A DNA stretch of 64,000 nt from an uncultured Rivularia sp. (GCA_963665115.1 OY762007.1:3264001-3328000), one strand, 5' to 3'; shown: positions 40,588 to 52,235, counted from the stretch's first letter. Notes: generated by a model from the sequence alone, not told the origin. Made by a program: numbers and translations.

Positions 40588-41933
40588 TGAATATAGAAGT
40601 TTCTCCCAGCCCAATTCCTAACTCTACTGAAGCAAGCTTATCAAATACGCTTTTAAATAAAGATGTTTATTTAAGTGGATTGGTAGATCAAGTTAGTAGC
40701 GTAAAAAAAGAAGGATGGCTGCAAGAGTTAAAAGAAAATGCTGCTAATTGGGTGCGTCATTCAACATTACCGACTAAAAAAGATGAAGAATGGCGATTCA
40801 CCGATTTATCAACTTTACGTAAATTCGATTTTAATGTAGAGACGAAATCTGTACCTCCAGATGCTCCTCCCTTTGCAGCAATTAGCGATACTCGTTTAGT
40901 GTTTGTAAATGGCGTATTTGTAAAAGAATTATCAGCCATCGCCGATTTACCCGAAGGTGCTGTAGTTAGTAATTTAGCTAGTTTACCCAATTTAGATGGG
41001 GAATTAGTCAAAGAATATTTAGCACAGGCTGAAGGAGCTAGAGAAGTATTTACGGCTTTGAATACAGCCGGAATTAACGATTTGGCTGTAATTTGGCTAT
41101 CTCGCAATGTGGTGGTAGAAACACCTATACACTTAGTCTTTATTACTTCTGGAGATAAAGTAGTTTCTCAACCGCGCTGTTTGGTAGTAGCTAAGAAAGG
41201 CTCCGAAGTTACTTTAATAGAAGAATTTATCAATTCTGGTACCGGAAAAGAGCAAGATAATCAAATTTATTTAAATAACGCCGTTACAGAAATTTGGGTT
41301 GATGAAAACGCGAGTATAAATCATACCAGAGTTGAACGCGATAGTGTAGAAGCGTTTCACATTGGGAAAACAGCCGTAACCCAAGGGCGTAACAGTCGCT
41401 ACACCTGTAACGCTATAACCTTGGGTGGAAAACTTTCGCGACACAACTTAGAAATCTTGCAAACCGGTGAGCAAACTGAAACAACGCTTAACGGTTTGAC
41501 GATAATTTCTGGCAGTCAATTATCAGATACTCACAGTGCCCTTGCTCTTAATTATCCCCACAGTAGTAGCAAGCAATTGCAAAAAAATATCATCGCGGAT
41601 AAAGCGCATGGCGTATTCAACGGAAAAATATTCGTTCCTAAACCCGCACAGTTAACAGACGCATCGCAGTTAAATCGCAACTTGCTGCTATCTCCTCAAG
41701 CGAGAGTAGACACCAAACCGCAGCTGGAAATTACAGCAGATAATGTCAAATGCGCTCATGGAGCTACGGTTAGTCAGTTAGAAGACGATGAAATTTTCTA
41801 CTTGCAAAGTCGAGGAATTGATGAAAATAGCGCCCGTCATTTATTAGTTAATGCCTTTGCAGCAGAGGTAATTAATAAGATACCCATTCCTTCCTTACGT
41901 CAAAATCTAACTCAAACAGTAAATCAATTTTAG
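40587..41933 (+). CDS. sufD: Fe-S cluster assembly protein SufD
   Basis: EEWRFTD, VFNGKI.V, TKPQLEI.ADNVKCAHGATV, FYLQSRGI. Confidence 0.96.
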   Translation: MNIEVSPSPIPNSTEASLSNTLLNKDVYLSGLVDQVSSVKKEGWLQELKENAANWVRHSTLPTKKDEEWRFTDLSTLRKFDFNVETKSVPPDAPPFAAISDTRLVFVNGVFVKELSAIADLPEGAVVSNLASLPNLDGELVKEYLAQAEGAREVFTALNTAGINDLAVIWLSRNVVVETPIHLVFITSGDKVVSQPRCLVVAKKGSEVTLIEEFINSGTGKEQDNQIYLNNAVTEIWVDENASINHTRVERDSVEAFHIGKTAVTQGRNSRYTCNAITLGGKLSRHNLEILQTGEQTETTLNGLTIISGSQLSDTHSALALNYPHSSSKQLQKNIIADKAHGVFNGKIFVPKPAQLTDASQLNRNLLLSPQARVDTKPQLEITADNVKCAHGATVSQLEDDEIFYLQSRGIDENSARHLLVNAFAAEVINKIPIPSLRQNLTQTVNQF

Positions 41934-42157
41934 ATTTTAGATTTTGGATTTTAGATTGGATAAATAATAGAGTTATAAGTAATTACTCTGATGTTACTTC
42001 TCTTCTTCGTCTCTCTATTCTCAGCGTCTCTGCGATTTTTTTTATCGCTAATTTTTAAGCATGATAGAAGTAACCTTGATTCCGTAACTAATATTCAATC
42101 TTTAATCCAAAACTATTAATCTAAATCCAAAATTCAAAATTCAAAATCCAAAATAGT

Positions 42158-43420
42158 ATGACTTTCACTCAGCAAAAAACCCTTGCAGATAAAGTTCGTC
42201 AAGACTTCCCGATATTACACCAGGAAGTTGACGGTAAACCTTTAGTTTATTTAGATAACGCTGCCACATCTCAAAAACCTTTATTTGTACTTGATGCTAT
42301 TCGTAACTACTACGAAGGATACAATGCCAACGTACATCGCGGCGCACATCACCTCAGTGCTAAAGCTACCGATGCATACGAAGGAGCAAGGGATAAAGTT
42401 ACTAAATTTATTAATGCTGCGTCTCGTCAAGAAATAATTTTTACTCGTAACGCTACCGAAGCAATAAATTTGGTTGCCTACAGTTGGGGAATGAATAACC
42501 TACAACCGGAAGATGAAATTATTCTTTCGGTAATGGAACATCACAGCAATATTATCCCGTGGCAGTTAATTGCTCAGAAGACGGGTGCGGTGTTGAAGTA
42601 TGTTGAATTGACACCAGAAGAAACTTTTGATTTAGAACAATTTAAAAAGCTGCTTTCCGATAAAACAAAATTGGTATCGGTAGTTCATATTTCTAACACC
42701 TTGGGCTGTATAAATCCGGTAAAAGAAATTTGTAAGTTAGCTCATGAAAAGCAAGCTAAAGTATTAATTGATGCCTGCCAAAGCGTGCCTCATATGCCCG
42801 TTGACGTGCAGGAAATAGACTGCGATTGGTTGGTAGCATCCGGACACAAAATGTGCGCTCCAACTGGAATTGGTTTCCTATACGGGAAATTGCAAACCTT
42901 GCAAGCAATGCCGCCATTTATGGGTGGTGGAGAAATGATTGCTGATGTGTTTTTAGACCATTCAACCTATGCAGAATTACCAGCAAAATTTGAAGCAGGT
43001 ACTCCGGCGATCGCAGAGGCTATAGCTTTAGGTGCTGCGGTAGATTATCTGTCGGGTATTGGCATGGATAAAATCTATGCTTACGAGTCAGAATTAACTG
43101 GTTATTTATTTGAGCAGTTGGGAAAAATACCCCAAGTAAAAATTTACGGCCCCAAACCAGATATTAAAGGTTGTGGTAGAGCAGCACTAGCTTCATTTAC
43201 CACAGGAGAAGTTCACCCCAATGACCTATCTACTTTGTTAGATAATGAAGGTGTAGCAATTCGTTCGGGACATCACTGCACGCAACCATTGCACCGTATA
43301 TTAGATGCTCCCGGTACAGCAAGAGCTAGTTTCTCTTTTTATAATACTCGTGAAGAAATAGATATTTTTATCAAAGCTTTGAAAGAGACTTTAGATTTCT
43401 TTAATAGTATGATGGGTTAA
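42158..43420 (+). CDS. sufS: cysteine desulfurase SufS
   Basis: [31 protein letters not shown]. Confidence 0.97.
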   Translation: MTFTQQKTLADKVRQDFPILHQEVDGKPLVYLDNAATSQKPLFVLDAIRNYYEGYNANVHRGAHHLSAKATDAYEGARDKVTKFINAASRQEIIFTRNATEAINLVAYSWGMNNLQPEDEIILSVMEHHSNIIPWQLIAQKTGAVLKYVELTPEETFDLEQFKKLLSDKTKLVSVVHISNTLGCINPVKEICKLAHEKQAKVLIDACQSVPHMPVDVQEIDCDWLVASGHKMCAPTGIGFLYGKLQTLQAMPPFMGGGEMIADVFLDHSTYAELPAKFEAGTPAIAEAIALGAAVDYLSGIGMDKIYAYESELTGYLFEQLGKIPQVKIYGPKPDIKGCGRAALASFTTGEVHPNDLSTLLDNEGVAIRSGHHCTQPLHRILDAPGTARASFSFYNTREEIDIFIKALKETLDFFNSMMG

Positions 43421-43498
43421 ATTGGTGTTTGAAAAGTTTCATTTTGAATAATAAATTGAGAAGATATTTTACAATAGATAGGACTTATTCAAAAGCGT

Positions 43499-44105
43499 AT
43501 GTCATTGCATAATTTTAAATAAGTCCTTTTGATATTGAAGTAATTACAGATGTTTGTATCAGACTTATCAGTATAATAATGAATTGAGAACTTTAAAGAA
43601 GACAAGTTAATAGAAAAATATTAGAATAAAATCTTCCAATAGCATTAGCGATTAATACGAAAAAATCACGTTATAAAATGATTATTCTCCGATTTTAATT
43701 GCTGCAATAAAGTATTTAAAAGATAAAATAAATTTATTTTCAGGTATCTATTTTACAGTAGATTAAAGTCAAAATTTGAATGGAAATTGGGACTTTATTA
43801 TTAGTAGTTCTTCAGAATTACTGATTCTAAATTCTCTAGCAATTACGATTGTAGATGCTAAAAAAGACAATATTAATGCAGATTTAGGTCAATGTGTTGC
43901 AGAAATGCTTGCGGCTAAAATCTTTAATGAGAAAGAGGGAAATGATATTCCAATTATTTATGGAACTGTTACTACGGGAACTAGCTGGAAGTTTTTAAAA
44001 CTTATTGAAAATATAGTAGAGATTGACCTTAACGAATACTATATTGATAATGTCGGTAAAATATTCGGAATATTGTGTAATATCCTTTCTGAAAAAACTA
44101 TCTAA
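43499..44105 (+). pseudogene. decayed gene of a common cyanobacterial hypothetical (restriction-endonuclease-like) family
   Basis: upstream of ORF 43776-44105 the frame reads LE*NLPIALAINT.KSR..MII/PIL..INLFSGI.FTVD*; in-frame stops plus an indel; intact 3' part has DAKK..LGQCVAEM.AA..YGTVTTG..WKFL. Confidence 0.7.
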
Positions 44106-44113
44106 AGCGAACA

Positions 44114-44740
44114 ATGGTTGTAACTTATACCCTCGCAGAACAGCGAACCGTACTACACAACATCAGTTGGGAAACCTTTGAGACTTTGCTCAGAGAGACT
44201 GGTGACAATAGAGGTTCTACATTTGCCTATGACGGTAGTACTTTGGAAATTATGACTCCACTTTTTGAACACGAAAATCCTAAATGTAATTTTCATAATT
44301 TTATTATTGCATTAGCTGAAGAATTAAATATCGAAATAAAAAGCGCTGGTTCGACAACTTTAAAAAGAAAGATTGTGAGAAAAGGTATAGAACCCGATAA
44401 CTGTTACTATATTCAAAATGAATTAGCTGTAAGAGGAAGAGAAACACTCGATCTAACAACTTCTCCAGCACCCGATTTAGCAATTGAAATTGATATTACC
44501 AGTAGTTCAGTTGATAAGTTGGATATTTACTCGGCTTTAGGTGTAAATGAACTCTGGAGATACGACGGTAACAATTTGAAGTTTTATCAATTGCTTGAAG
44601 GGAAATACGTCGAATGTGAATTTAGTATTGCTTTTTCTTTAGTATCGGTAAAAGATATTAGTGGATTTATCGAGCAAAGCAAAACTATGGGAGAAATCGC
44701 TTTGCTCAAATCATTTCGGAATTGGGTAAAAAATGTTTAG
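44114..44740 (+). CDS. Uma2 family (DUF820) putative endonuclease
   Basis: ISWETFE.LL, GSTLEIMTP..HE, GIEPD.CYYI, PDLAIEIDITS, YSALGV.ELWRYDG. Confidence 0.92.
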   Translation: MVVTYTLAEQRTVLHNISWETFETLLRETGDNRGSTFAYDGSTLEIMTPLFEHENPKCNFHNFIIALAEELNIEIKSAGSTTLKRKIVRKGIEPDNCYYIQNELAVRGRETLDLTTSPAPDLAIEIDITSSSVDKLDIYSALGVNELWRYDGNNLKFYQLLEGKYVECEFSIAFSLVSVKDISGFIEQSKTMGEIALLKSFRNWVKNV

Positions 44741-44753
44741 AGGATAATCGCTA

Positions 44754-45407
44754 ATGTCAGTAGAAGCATATTTTAAGCAAGTATCTCCTCCTTTATTAGA
44801 AAAATTCAAAAAATATCCAGATTTTTTTGAATTATTTGATGATGCTCAGTATTTACCTGACTCACATTTTTGGCAAGAATCAAATCTCGATTTAAATAAT
44901 TCTGAAGATGCTGAATGGTTTGACGAAGCTACCAACTACGTACCGCAAACCTTGGAAAAATTAAAATATGAGCAGCCAAAAGAATTTGAAAAGCTCAAAT
45001 CAGATATTCCTACAATGCTTGCAGAAGGTAAAAATTCCGAATTCGATATCGGCAAAAAATGGAACACCCTTCACTTTATTTTGACTGGTACCAATTACTC
45101 AATTCCCGTACCGTTTCTTATTGGTAAAAATAAACAAGATAAATTACCTTCGGTAAATGCCATCTTAGGAGGTAAAACAATAGATTATGAAACAGATAAT
45201 GGACTGTTGCGATACCTAAGTGTCGATGAAGTCGCACAAGTTGCTGAAGCTTTATCAAAATTTTCTCAGACTCATTTTCGCGAGCGATTTACCTTGAAAG
45301 GTTTAGAAGATGGCTTTGATACTCTCTACGATGCTTATAAAAAGCTTTTAAATTACTACCAAAATGTGGCTTATCAAAAAGACGCTATGTTTTTATACTT
45401 TGGTTGA
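44754..45407 (+). CDS. DUF1877 (YfbM-like) family protein
   Basis: DIGKKWNTLHFILTG..AILGG..RYL..DEVAQVAEAL..L.NYY motifs. Confidence 0.75.
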   Translation: MSVEAYFKQVSPPLLEKFKKYPDFFELFDDAQYLPDSHFWQESNLDLNNSEDAEWFDEATNYVPQTLEKLKYEQPKEFEKLKSDIPTMLAEGKNSEFDIGKKWNTLHFILTGTNYSIPVPFLIGKNKQDKLPSVNAILGGKTIDYETDNGLLRYLSVDEVAQVAEALSKFSQTHFRERFTLKGLEDGFDTLYDAYKKLLNYYQNVAYQKDAMFLYFG

Positions 45408-45410
45408 TAC

Positions 45411-45642
45411 GGAATAGTAGGGAGTAGTAAGTAGGGAGTAGGGAGTAGGGAGTAGGAAGTAGGAAGTAGGGAGTAGGAAGTAGGGAGTAGGGAGTAGGGA
45501 GTAGTAAGTAGGGAGTAGGGAGTAGGGAGTAGTAAGTAGGGAGTAGGGAGTAGTAAGTAGGGAGTAGTAAGTAGGGAGTAGGGAGTAGGGAGTAGTAAGT
45601 AGGGAGTAGGGAGTAGGGAGTAGGAAGTAGGGAATAGTAAGT
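45411..45642. repeat. STRR heptamer array (GGGAGTA with GTAAGTA and GGAAGTA variants, about 33 units)
   Basis: directly visible tandem heptamers. Confidence 0.95.
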
Positions 45643-45651
45643 TAATTATTC

Positions 45652-45690
45652 TTCTCCTTGTCTCCTTGTCTCCTTGTCTCCTTGTCTCCC
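45652..45690. repeat. octamer tandem repeat (TCTCCTTG)x4
   Basis: directly visible; similar array at 8221-8270. Confidence 0.85.
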
Positions 45691-45793
45691 CATCCAAAAA
45701 TTAAAATATCCTATGCTTTTATAAGAAAAGATGTCCCCTGCGGAGTGTCAATGCGATAATTCGCAGAGGAAGCTTGTTAATTGAGAGGGATAG

Positions 45794-47371
45794 ATGACAC
45801 TTAAGCGGATATTTTTATTTTTACTTACCTTAGTAACTATTTTATTTTCTGGCTCCACTTTGATAGGAAGCTTGAATAAGCCTCAATTCCAAAGCGAGTT
45901 GGAGTTATACCAAACTAATATTGTATTGCTAGCAACTGATTGGCAACCTTCAGATGACGAGGAAAATTTGCAAAGTGCAAAAAAAGCCATACTGGGTGTA
46001 AAACCTCTTGATGGTGCATTGAAGCAATATCAAGACGCACGCGAGTCAGCGGAAAATAATTTAGAAAAGGCTCAAAGCCAATTAGCGCAACTACGCTCCG
46101 AATCAATTGATGTCATTCCTACATCGAAACCTCAGTCGGATATTCCTCCTGTTACTAATCTCTCTCCATTAGTAAAGCAAAAAAAATTACAGCAAACTTC
46201 CAATCGATTACAAGAATCGATCGCTGAATTAAATTTGCGTATAGGAATTATTCAAGCACGTCGAGGTGACAGCGATACAGCTATCGAAATTTGGCAGCAG
46301 GTACAAAAAAATTCAAGTATAAATCCTCAGCTTCGCGAAACGAGTCAAACTTTAATTAGACTTTGGGAAAAATCTCCTAAAGTTCCAGAAGATGCGGAAT
46401 TATTAATTAAAGATAATCTTAAAGGTTGGTTTCGCTATAGCGCTCTCGAAAAAATATATCAAATTCAACAAAATTCAGAATATTTAAATAATCTTAAAAT
46501 TATAGAGCAAAGAGCAGCTGAGGAAGCTTTACTCAAGTTAACAGCGATAGCTATTCTTCCTGTATTAGGAGGCTTTATTGGTATAGCATTGCTTATTTTC
46601 ACTTTCGCACAGTGGATAATCAAAAGAAAAGAAGCGCTATTAGCTAGAAATGCCGAGTTATGTTGGGCAACTCCTTGGGATGGTGAAACAATTTTACAGG
46701 TTTTTGTTGTCGGCTTTTTCTTAGTTGGACAATTAATTATACCGTTGCTCTGGCAGTTTCTTCCTTTACCGCATCCTACTGCAAACGTCAGGCTTGAAGC
46801 ATTATACATTTTACTTCGCTATATACTCCTGGCCAGTGCTTCTTTATTAGTTTTGTATTTGTCTATCAAACAATTTCTACCCCTTTCCGAAGATTGGTTT
46901 CGCTTTCGCTTGCGCGATGGCTGGCTGCTTTGGGGAATTGGCGGCTATTGCGCGGTAATACCAATTTTTGTCGCAGTTTCTTTGATTAATCAACAACTTT
47001 GGCAGGGGCAAGGTGGTAGCAATCCCCTATTACAAACAGTCTTGGAAAGTCAAGATAATCTGGCATTACTGATCTTTTTCTCTACCGCTGCCATCGCCGC
47101 ACCATTATTTGAAGAATTTTTGTTTCGTGGATTTTTGCTTCCTTCTCTAACTCGGTACTTACCAGTATGGGGATCGATAATTGTTTCAAGCTTCTTTTTT
47201 GCTGCCGTTCATCTCAGTTTATCTGAAGTTCTACCCCTTACAGTACTGGGGATCGTACTTGGAGTGGTTTATACGCGATCGCGCAATCTTCTTGCTCCCA
47301 TGCTTGTCCACAGTCTTTGGAATAGTGGCACGTTGCTAAGTCTATTCCTCTTAGGTAGTAGTACTAATTGA
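45794..47371 (+). CDS. CPBP (CAAX/Abi) family intramembrane metalloprotease
   Basis: APLFEEFLFRG, FAAVH, HSLWN motifs with multiple TM segments. Confidence 0.92.
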   Translation: MTLKRIFLFLLTLVTILFSGSTLIGSLNKPQFQSELELYQTNIVLLATDWQPSDDEENLQSAKKAILGVKPLDGALKQYQDARESAENNLEKAQSQLAQLRSESIDVIPTSKPQSDIPPVTNLSPLVKQKKLQQTSNRLQESIAELNLRIGIIQARRGDSDTAIEIWQQVQKNSSINPQLRETSQTLIRLWEKSPKVPEDAELLIKDNLKGWFRYSALEKIYQIQQNSEYLNNLKIIEQRAAEEALLKLTAIAILPVLGGFIGIALLIFTFAQWIIKRKEALLARNAELCWATPWDGETILQVFVVGFFLVGQLIIPLLWQFLPLPHPTANVRLEALYILLRYILLASASLLVLYLSIKQFLPLSEDWFRFRLRDGWLLWGIGGYCAVIPIFVAVSLINQQLWQGQGGSNPLLQTVLESQDNLALLIFFSTAAIAAPLFEEFLFRGFLLPSLTRYLPVWGSIIVSSFFFAAVHLSLSEVLPLTVLGIVLGVVYTRSRNLLAPMLVHSLWNSGTLLSLFLLGSSTN

Positions 47372-48103
47372 CACCTTCATGTACTGTTGTCAGAATAAAA
47401 AATATCTGCATTAATTATGTGTAACAATTTTTCAATCAGTGTTCGCTATAGTGAGTGTAGATATTTTTCAGTTGAGAGCATAAATGCTTAACACGATTGC
47501 AAACTTAAAGGTTATGTTAAATATATAACTGATTATTTAACTAAGCATATAGTTATTTATTGATTAGTATCAGCCCTTGTAGGGATGCTGAGTATTTTCG
47601 ATTATTTTAAAATTGAAAATACGAAGGGGCATTTTCTACGTAAATCAATAGAATTTCAGAGCGGGAATGCACAACAAACTCAGTTCTGTTTCTACGCATA
47701 TAATTGAAAAGAGTGATTTCACTTGTCAAAGCTGCGAGCATACAGTATATCGGTAGTTGTAGTGCGCTTAATTAGTCCGGAATTTCTAATAACGGACTTG
47801 TACAACTGAATATTGCATCGTCATTGAATAGCAATTATTGCAGTTAATTATCAATGAGATATTTTCTGTTGTGAAATGACAGAATACGGCGATTTCAAAT
47901 TCGCTTAAATCAATACATATAGAAAAATATTAGTCTCTTAAATCCAGGCAAAGTCAAAACATCGTTGGGGCTTTCTGACTTAGAGATTTATTGACTTCAG
48001 CAAACAGTAATTTTACTAGTTAGCAGTAGAACGTTATTGACTTATACTGCTAACAAAAAATAAGGTAGTTAATTTTATATTTTTATTCTTAAGGAGCAGC
48101 AAT

Positions 48104-48379
48104 ATGGCAAAACTCACTCCCTCTCACGCTACAAAACAATTACTAGCTGGTTATTGCGGAATTATTTTTGGAGCATTAGGTATTCATAAGTTTGTTCTCG
48201 GGTATGCTCCTGAAGGTTTAATTACTTTAATTGTTTCTTTAGTAGGTGGTTACTTCACCTACGGCTTGACTTTTATAGTTATGCAGCTTGTAGGTTTAAT
48301 TGAAGGAATGATTTACCTGAATAAAGGGCACGACGATTTTGTCGGTACTTACTTTATGAATAAACAAGGCTGGTTCTAA
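48104..48379 (+). CDS. TM2 (NINE) domain protein
   Basis: KQLLAGYCGI.FGALGIHKFVLGY..GLIEGMIYL..F...Y..NKQGWF; AGGAG RBS. Confidence 0.88.
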   Translation: MAKLTPSHATKQLLAGYCGIIFGALGIHKFVLGYAPEGLITLIVSLVGGYFTYGLTFIVMQLVGLIEGMIYLNKGHDDFVGTYFMNKQGWF

Positions 48380-48755
48380 AACCATATGCAAAGTATCGAA
48401 AAGCTTTTTTTTTGATAAATATTAAGGGTGCGTAATTGTCGCAGTTGTAATATTATCTTCACTTGTATTTTTGTTTGAATCTTAAGTTGAGTTATAAATT
48501 CGTTCCTAGCTATGAAATAACTGTATTTAACATATAAGCCAAAGCATACAGTTAGGATTTATGAATTATTGCCCAGTTTGCCTAAGTTATTGTTACAAGT
48601 AAACAACAAGTCCAAAAATAATTATATAACTAAATTCTCTGGCTAGAATATAGATATAATTATCGATAATTTAATAGAAAATAGAATTATTCTTTTAAAT
48701 TATCTATGAAATAAATCTGAATAAACAACACAATATTTATATCCGGTACGGGCTG

Positions 48756-48941
48756 ATGTTCAAACGTAAAAATATTACATTTATAATACTTACCTGCTTG
48801 GGTATGGGTTACTTCTTGGCAATGTCGAGCTTGTCAATAAATCCCTTCTTAAAAAGTCAAGCTGCGATGCTTCCAATACAGTTAAGTTTAGTTATTTACT
48901 TTATTTATCTGCGTTGGAATCGACACAAAGAATTTAGTTAA
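48756..48941 (+). CDS. small two-TM hypothetical membrane protein
   Basis: 61 aa, two hydrophobic segments with basic flanks. Confidence 0.55.
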   Translation: MFKRKNITFIILTCLGMGYFLAMSSLSINPFLKSQAAMLPIQLSLVIYFIYLRWNRHKEFS

Positions 48942-49082
48942 ATATCCAGTTATAACAAAAATTTATACCCAAGATATTCGGTCATAAGTCTGGATTTAGC
49001 TTACCCTCGAAGTAGGGACAAAAATAATTTTATGTTCCTGAAGAAGGCATTTTTATTTTTATAGCGAATCCGAACATTTTTC

Positions 49083-51497
49083 ATGCAACTGGTACCGAAA
49101 CAAAACAAAACCGATCCAGCAGCAATCAAAAACAAAATTACCCTTGATGTTGAGGGAATGGTATGTGCTGGCTGCGTAAGAGCGGTAGAAAAACAATTGA
49201 CGCAATTCCCAGGAGTTGATAATGCCTGTGTGAACCTAGCAACTGGGGTAGCAGTGGTAGACTCGGAGGAATTGACTATAGATGTTGATGCCTTAATCAA
49301 ACAATTGACTACAGCAGGATTTCCCAGCAAACCCCGCAAGTCATTTGGAGAAACACATAGCGCTCAGGCTTTAAAGGAAGCTGAAGAGAAAAATCTTCAA
49401 GAAATGCAATCGGCTCGCAGGCAGTTGATAATTGCTGTACTGCTGCTGATATTTTCAGGAATCGGACATTTAAGCCATATTAGCGGCTTGACGCTGCCGC
49501 TTTTACAAAATATCTGGTTTCACTTTGGATTGGCGACAATTGCAATATTAATACCTGGTCGTCCCATTCTCATAGATGGTTGGTTGGGGTTGCGTCGAAA
49601 TGCCCCCAACATGAACACTTTAGTTGCTTTAGGAACCGTTAGTGCATATGTTGCTAGCGTAGTCGCCTTAGTATTTCCCCAATTGGGCTGGGAATGTTTC
49701 TTTGACGAACCCGTGATGATATTAGGGTTTATTCTGTTGGGGCGTACTTTAGAGAAACGAGCTAGAAATCGCGCTTCTGCTTCATTTCAAGAATTATTAT
49801 CTCTGAGGCCATCGATCGCCCGATTAATAGCCAAGCCCAATCAAAATAACAACAGTGCTCAAGCCGCAGAAATTGTTGAAATACCGGCAGAACAAGTTCA
49901 TACTGGCGAATGGTTGCAAGTACTTCCAGGAGACAAAATCCCCGTAGATGGTGAAGTAGTAGAAGGGAAAACAACCGTTGATGAGTCGATGCTTACCGGA
50001 GAATCAGCACCAGTTCTTAAACGAATGGGAGATACCGTAAGTGCGGGAACCATTAACCAGTCGGGAACAATTATCATGCAAGCAACCCGTACTGGAAGCG
50101 ATACAACAGTAGCACAAATTGTCGGTTTAGTAGAATCAGCGCAAATTCGTAAAGCACCAGTTCAGAGATTAGCCGATACTGTGGCTGGTTACTTCACTTA
50201 CGGTGTATTAACTACCGCTTTACTAACATTTGTATTTTGGTATTTTATCGGCACTCATATCTGGCACGATATCGCTGCATCAACAGTTCTTAACTCGTCA
50301 CCGCATTCGCAGCACCTTATCGGTTGGCAAGCGCAAACTCCGACTCATTACTCCCCGATTTTAATTAGTTTAAAATTGGCGATCGCCGTAATGGTTGTTG
50401 CTTGCCCCTGTGCTTTAGGACTTGCTACTCCTACAGCAATTTTAGTCGGAACTGCTATTGGTGCGGAACAAGGTTTATTAATTAAAGGGGGCGATGTTTT
50501 AGAAAAGGTACATCAATTAAAGACAATAGTCTTTGATAAAACTGGTACCTTAACAACAGGTAATCCGACTGTAACTGACTGCATTAGCATATCCGAGAAA
50601 AGTACGACTACTTCCTTAATTCAGCTAGCAGCAGCAGTGGAAAGCGGTAGCCAACATCCTTTAGCAAAAGCAATTCTAGACTCGGCAGCGGAACAAAAAT
50701 TATCGATACCAGCAGCTACTGATTTTCATACAGAACCAGGTTTTGGCGTTTCTGCGGTAGTGAAAGAAACTACAGTACTTTTGGGCAGTTGGGAATGGCT
50801 AAATTTGAATAGCATTGATATTGATGAAACCATTCAAACACAAATTAAAACTTTAGGCAAAGCTGGTAAAACAGTAGTTGGTGTAGCAACTAACGGTGAA
50901 ATAGCCGGATTAATTGCGGTTCGAGATACTATACGTGAAGATGCCCGTTCAACTGTAGAAAAACTTCGTTCTTTGGGCTTACGAATAATCTTGCTTAGTG
51001 GCGATACCCAAGAAGCCGCTTTAGCTACAGCAGAACAATTAGGATTAAATCCCGATGATGCCATAGCAGGTATTCCTCCAGCGAAAAAAGCAACAATTAT
51101 CGAATCATTGCAAAATACCCATCCTAAATCTTTAGTCGCAATGGTAGGAGACGGGATTAACGATGCACCAGCTTTATCTCAAGCAGATGTAGGAATTTCC
51201 CTGCATTCGGGAACCGATGTAGCGATGGAAGCTGCGGAAATTGTGCTGATGCGAGATCAATTAAAGGATGTTGTAGAAGCTATTGCTCTTAGTCAAGCTA
51301 CCTTCAATAAAATTCGTCAAAATTTATTTTGGGCATTTGCATACAATATATTCGGAATTCCTTTAGCTGCTGGTGTATTATTACCGAGCCTCGGTTTTAT
51401 TCTGAATCCCGGAGGCGCTGCTGCTTTAATGGCCTTTAGTTCCGTTAGCGTAGTTACCAACTCCCTTCTGTTAAGAAGGTTTGACTTTAATTCCTAA
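49083..51497 (+). CDS. copper-transporting P1B-type ATPase (CtaA/PAA1-like)
   Basis: GMVCAGC HMA motif, TGES, CPCALGLATP, DKTGTLT, GDGINDAP, YN..MAFSS. Confidence 0.93.
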   Translation: MQLVPKQNKTDPAAIKNKITLDVEGMVCAGCVRAVEKQLTQFPGVDNACVNLATGVAVVDSEELTIDVDALIKQLTTAGFPSKPRKSFGETHSAQALKEAEEKNLQEMQSARRQLIIAVLLLIFSGIGHLSHISGLTLPLLQNIWFHFGLATIAILIPGRPILIDGWLGLRRNAPNMNTLVALGTVSAYVASVVALVFPQLGWECFFDEPVMILGFILLGRTLEKRARNRASASFQELLSLRPSIARLIAKPNQNNNSAQAAEIVEIPAEQVHTGEWLQVLPGDKIPVDGEVVEGKTTVDESMLTGESAPVLKRMGDTVSAGTINQSGTIIMQATRTGSDTTVAQIVGLVESAQIRKAPVQRLADTVAGYFTYGVLTTALLTFVFWYFIGTHIWHDIAASTVLNSSPHSQHLIGWQAQTPTHYSPILISLKLAIAVMVVACPCALGLATPTAILVGTAIGAEQGLLIKGGDVLEKVHQLKTIVFDKTGTLTTGNPTVTDCISISEKSTTTSLIQLAAAVESGSQHPLAKAILDSAAEQKLSIPAATDFHTEPGFGVSAVVKETTVLLGSWEWLNLNSIDIDETIQTQIKTLGKAGKTVVGVATNGEIAGLIAVRDTIREDARSTVEKLRSLGLRIILLSGDTQEAALATAEQLGLNPDDAIAGIPPAKKATIIESLQNTHPKSLVAMVGDGINDAPALSQADVGISLHSGTDVAMEAAEIVLMRDQLKDVVEAIALSQATFNKIRQNLFWAFAYNIFGIPLAAGVLLPSLGFILNPGGAAALMAFSSVSVVTNSLLLRRFDFNS

Positions 51498-51716
51498 AAT
51501 CCTCCTTTGGAGGTATTATTTGCTAGCAAAAATATTCGTTTAGCTCATCTCAGGTTAAACTAGGTCAGTAGTATTGTGTTACGTTTCTCACATATAAATT
51601 GTAGAAACGCTATCTCAAGCTGCATAAATATTCCAGAGTGAAAATTCAGATTTTACTCAAGGATCGAAATCGATTTTATAGATCGCAGCTTCTGACCACT
51701 GAGGAATGATTCGATA

Positions 51717-52235
51717 ATGGCAACAAACTATACCAAACGAATCTTGATTGCTGACAGTTCAACCGATTGTAGCAACGATAAGTCTATTAAGTCTATGGCA
51801 GTACAATCGAATGAAACTCATATCTTGATTATAGAAGACGACCAGGGGCGTAAAGAATTTTCTTTAGAAAACTCTCTTTATTCTATTGGTAGGGACCGTG
51901 AATGCGACATTCATTTGGTATCGCAATTTGTCTCGCGTCGTCATGCAACGTTAGTAAAACTACCAAGAGATGGTGATAATGATGAGCGATTTTATTACCG
52001 TATTGTAGATGGTGATGTCAAAGGCAAAGCTAGTTCCAACGGTTTGATGATTAACGGACGTAGCAAAATACCAGCCCACGATCTAAAAAATGAAGACGAG
52101 GTTGTATTCGGGCCGCAAGTACGCGCTATTTATTACCTGCTTCAAAGGGATGTGACTCAAACAGGGCAAACAGATGCTAGCGAATATGACATCACTTTAA
52201 TAAATCCCAGTATGACTGAAGATACTGAGGATTAG
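51717..52235 (+). CDS. FHA domain protein
   Basis: YSIGR..CDI....VSRRHA..SSNGL.ING FHA signature; start could be 51795. Confidence 0.9.
   Translation: MATNYTKRILIADSSTDCSNDKSIKSMAVQSNETHILIIEDDQGRKEFSLENSLYSIGRDRECDIHLVSQFVSRRHATLVKLPRDGDNDERFYYRIVDGDVKGKASSNGLMINGRSKIPAHDLKNEDEVVFGPQVRAIYYLLQRDVTQTGQTDASEYDITLINPSMTEDTED

Noticed and set aside
45374..45697. 107-aa ORF with (LLPTPYS)n
   Set aside because: Translation of the STRR heptamer array; no independent evidence of coding
47667..47756. 29-aa ORF with CxxC (MHNKLSSVSTHIIEKSDFTCQSCEHTVYR)
   Set aside because: Poorly spaced RBS, no recognisable family; consistent with chance
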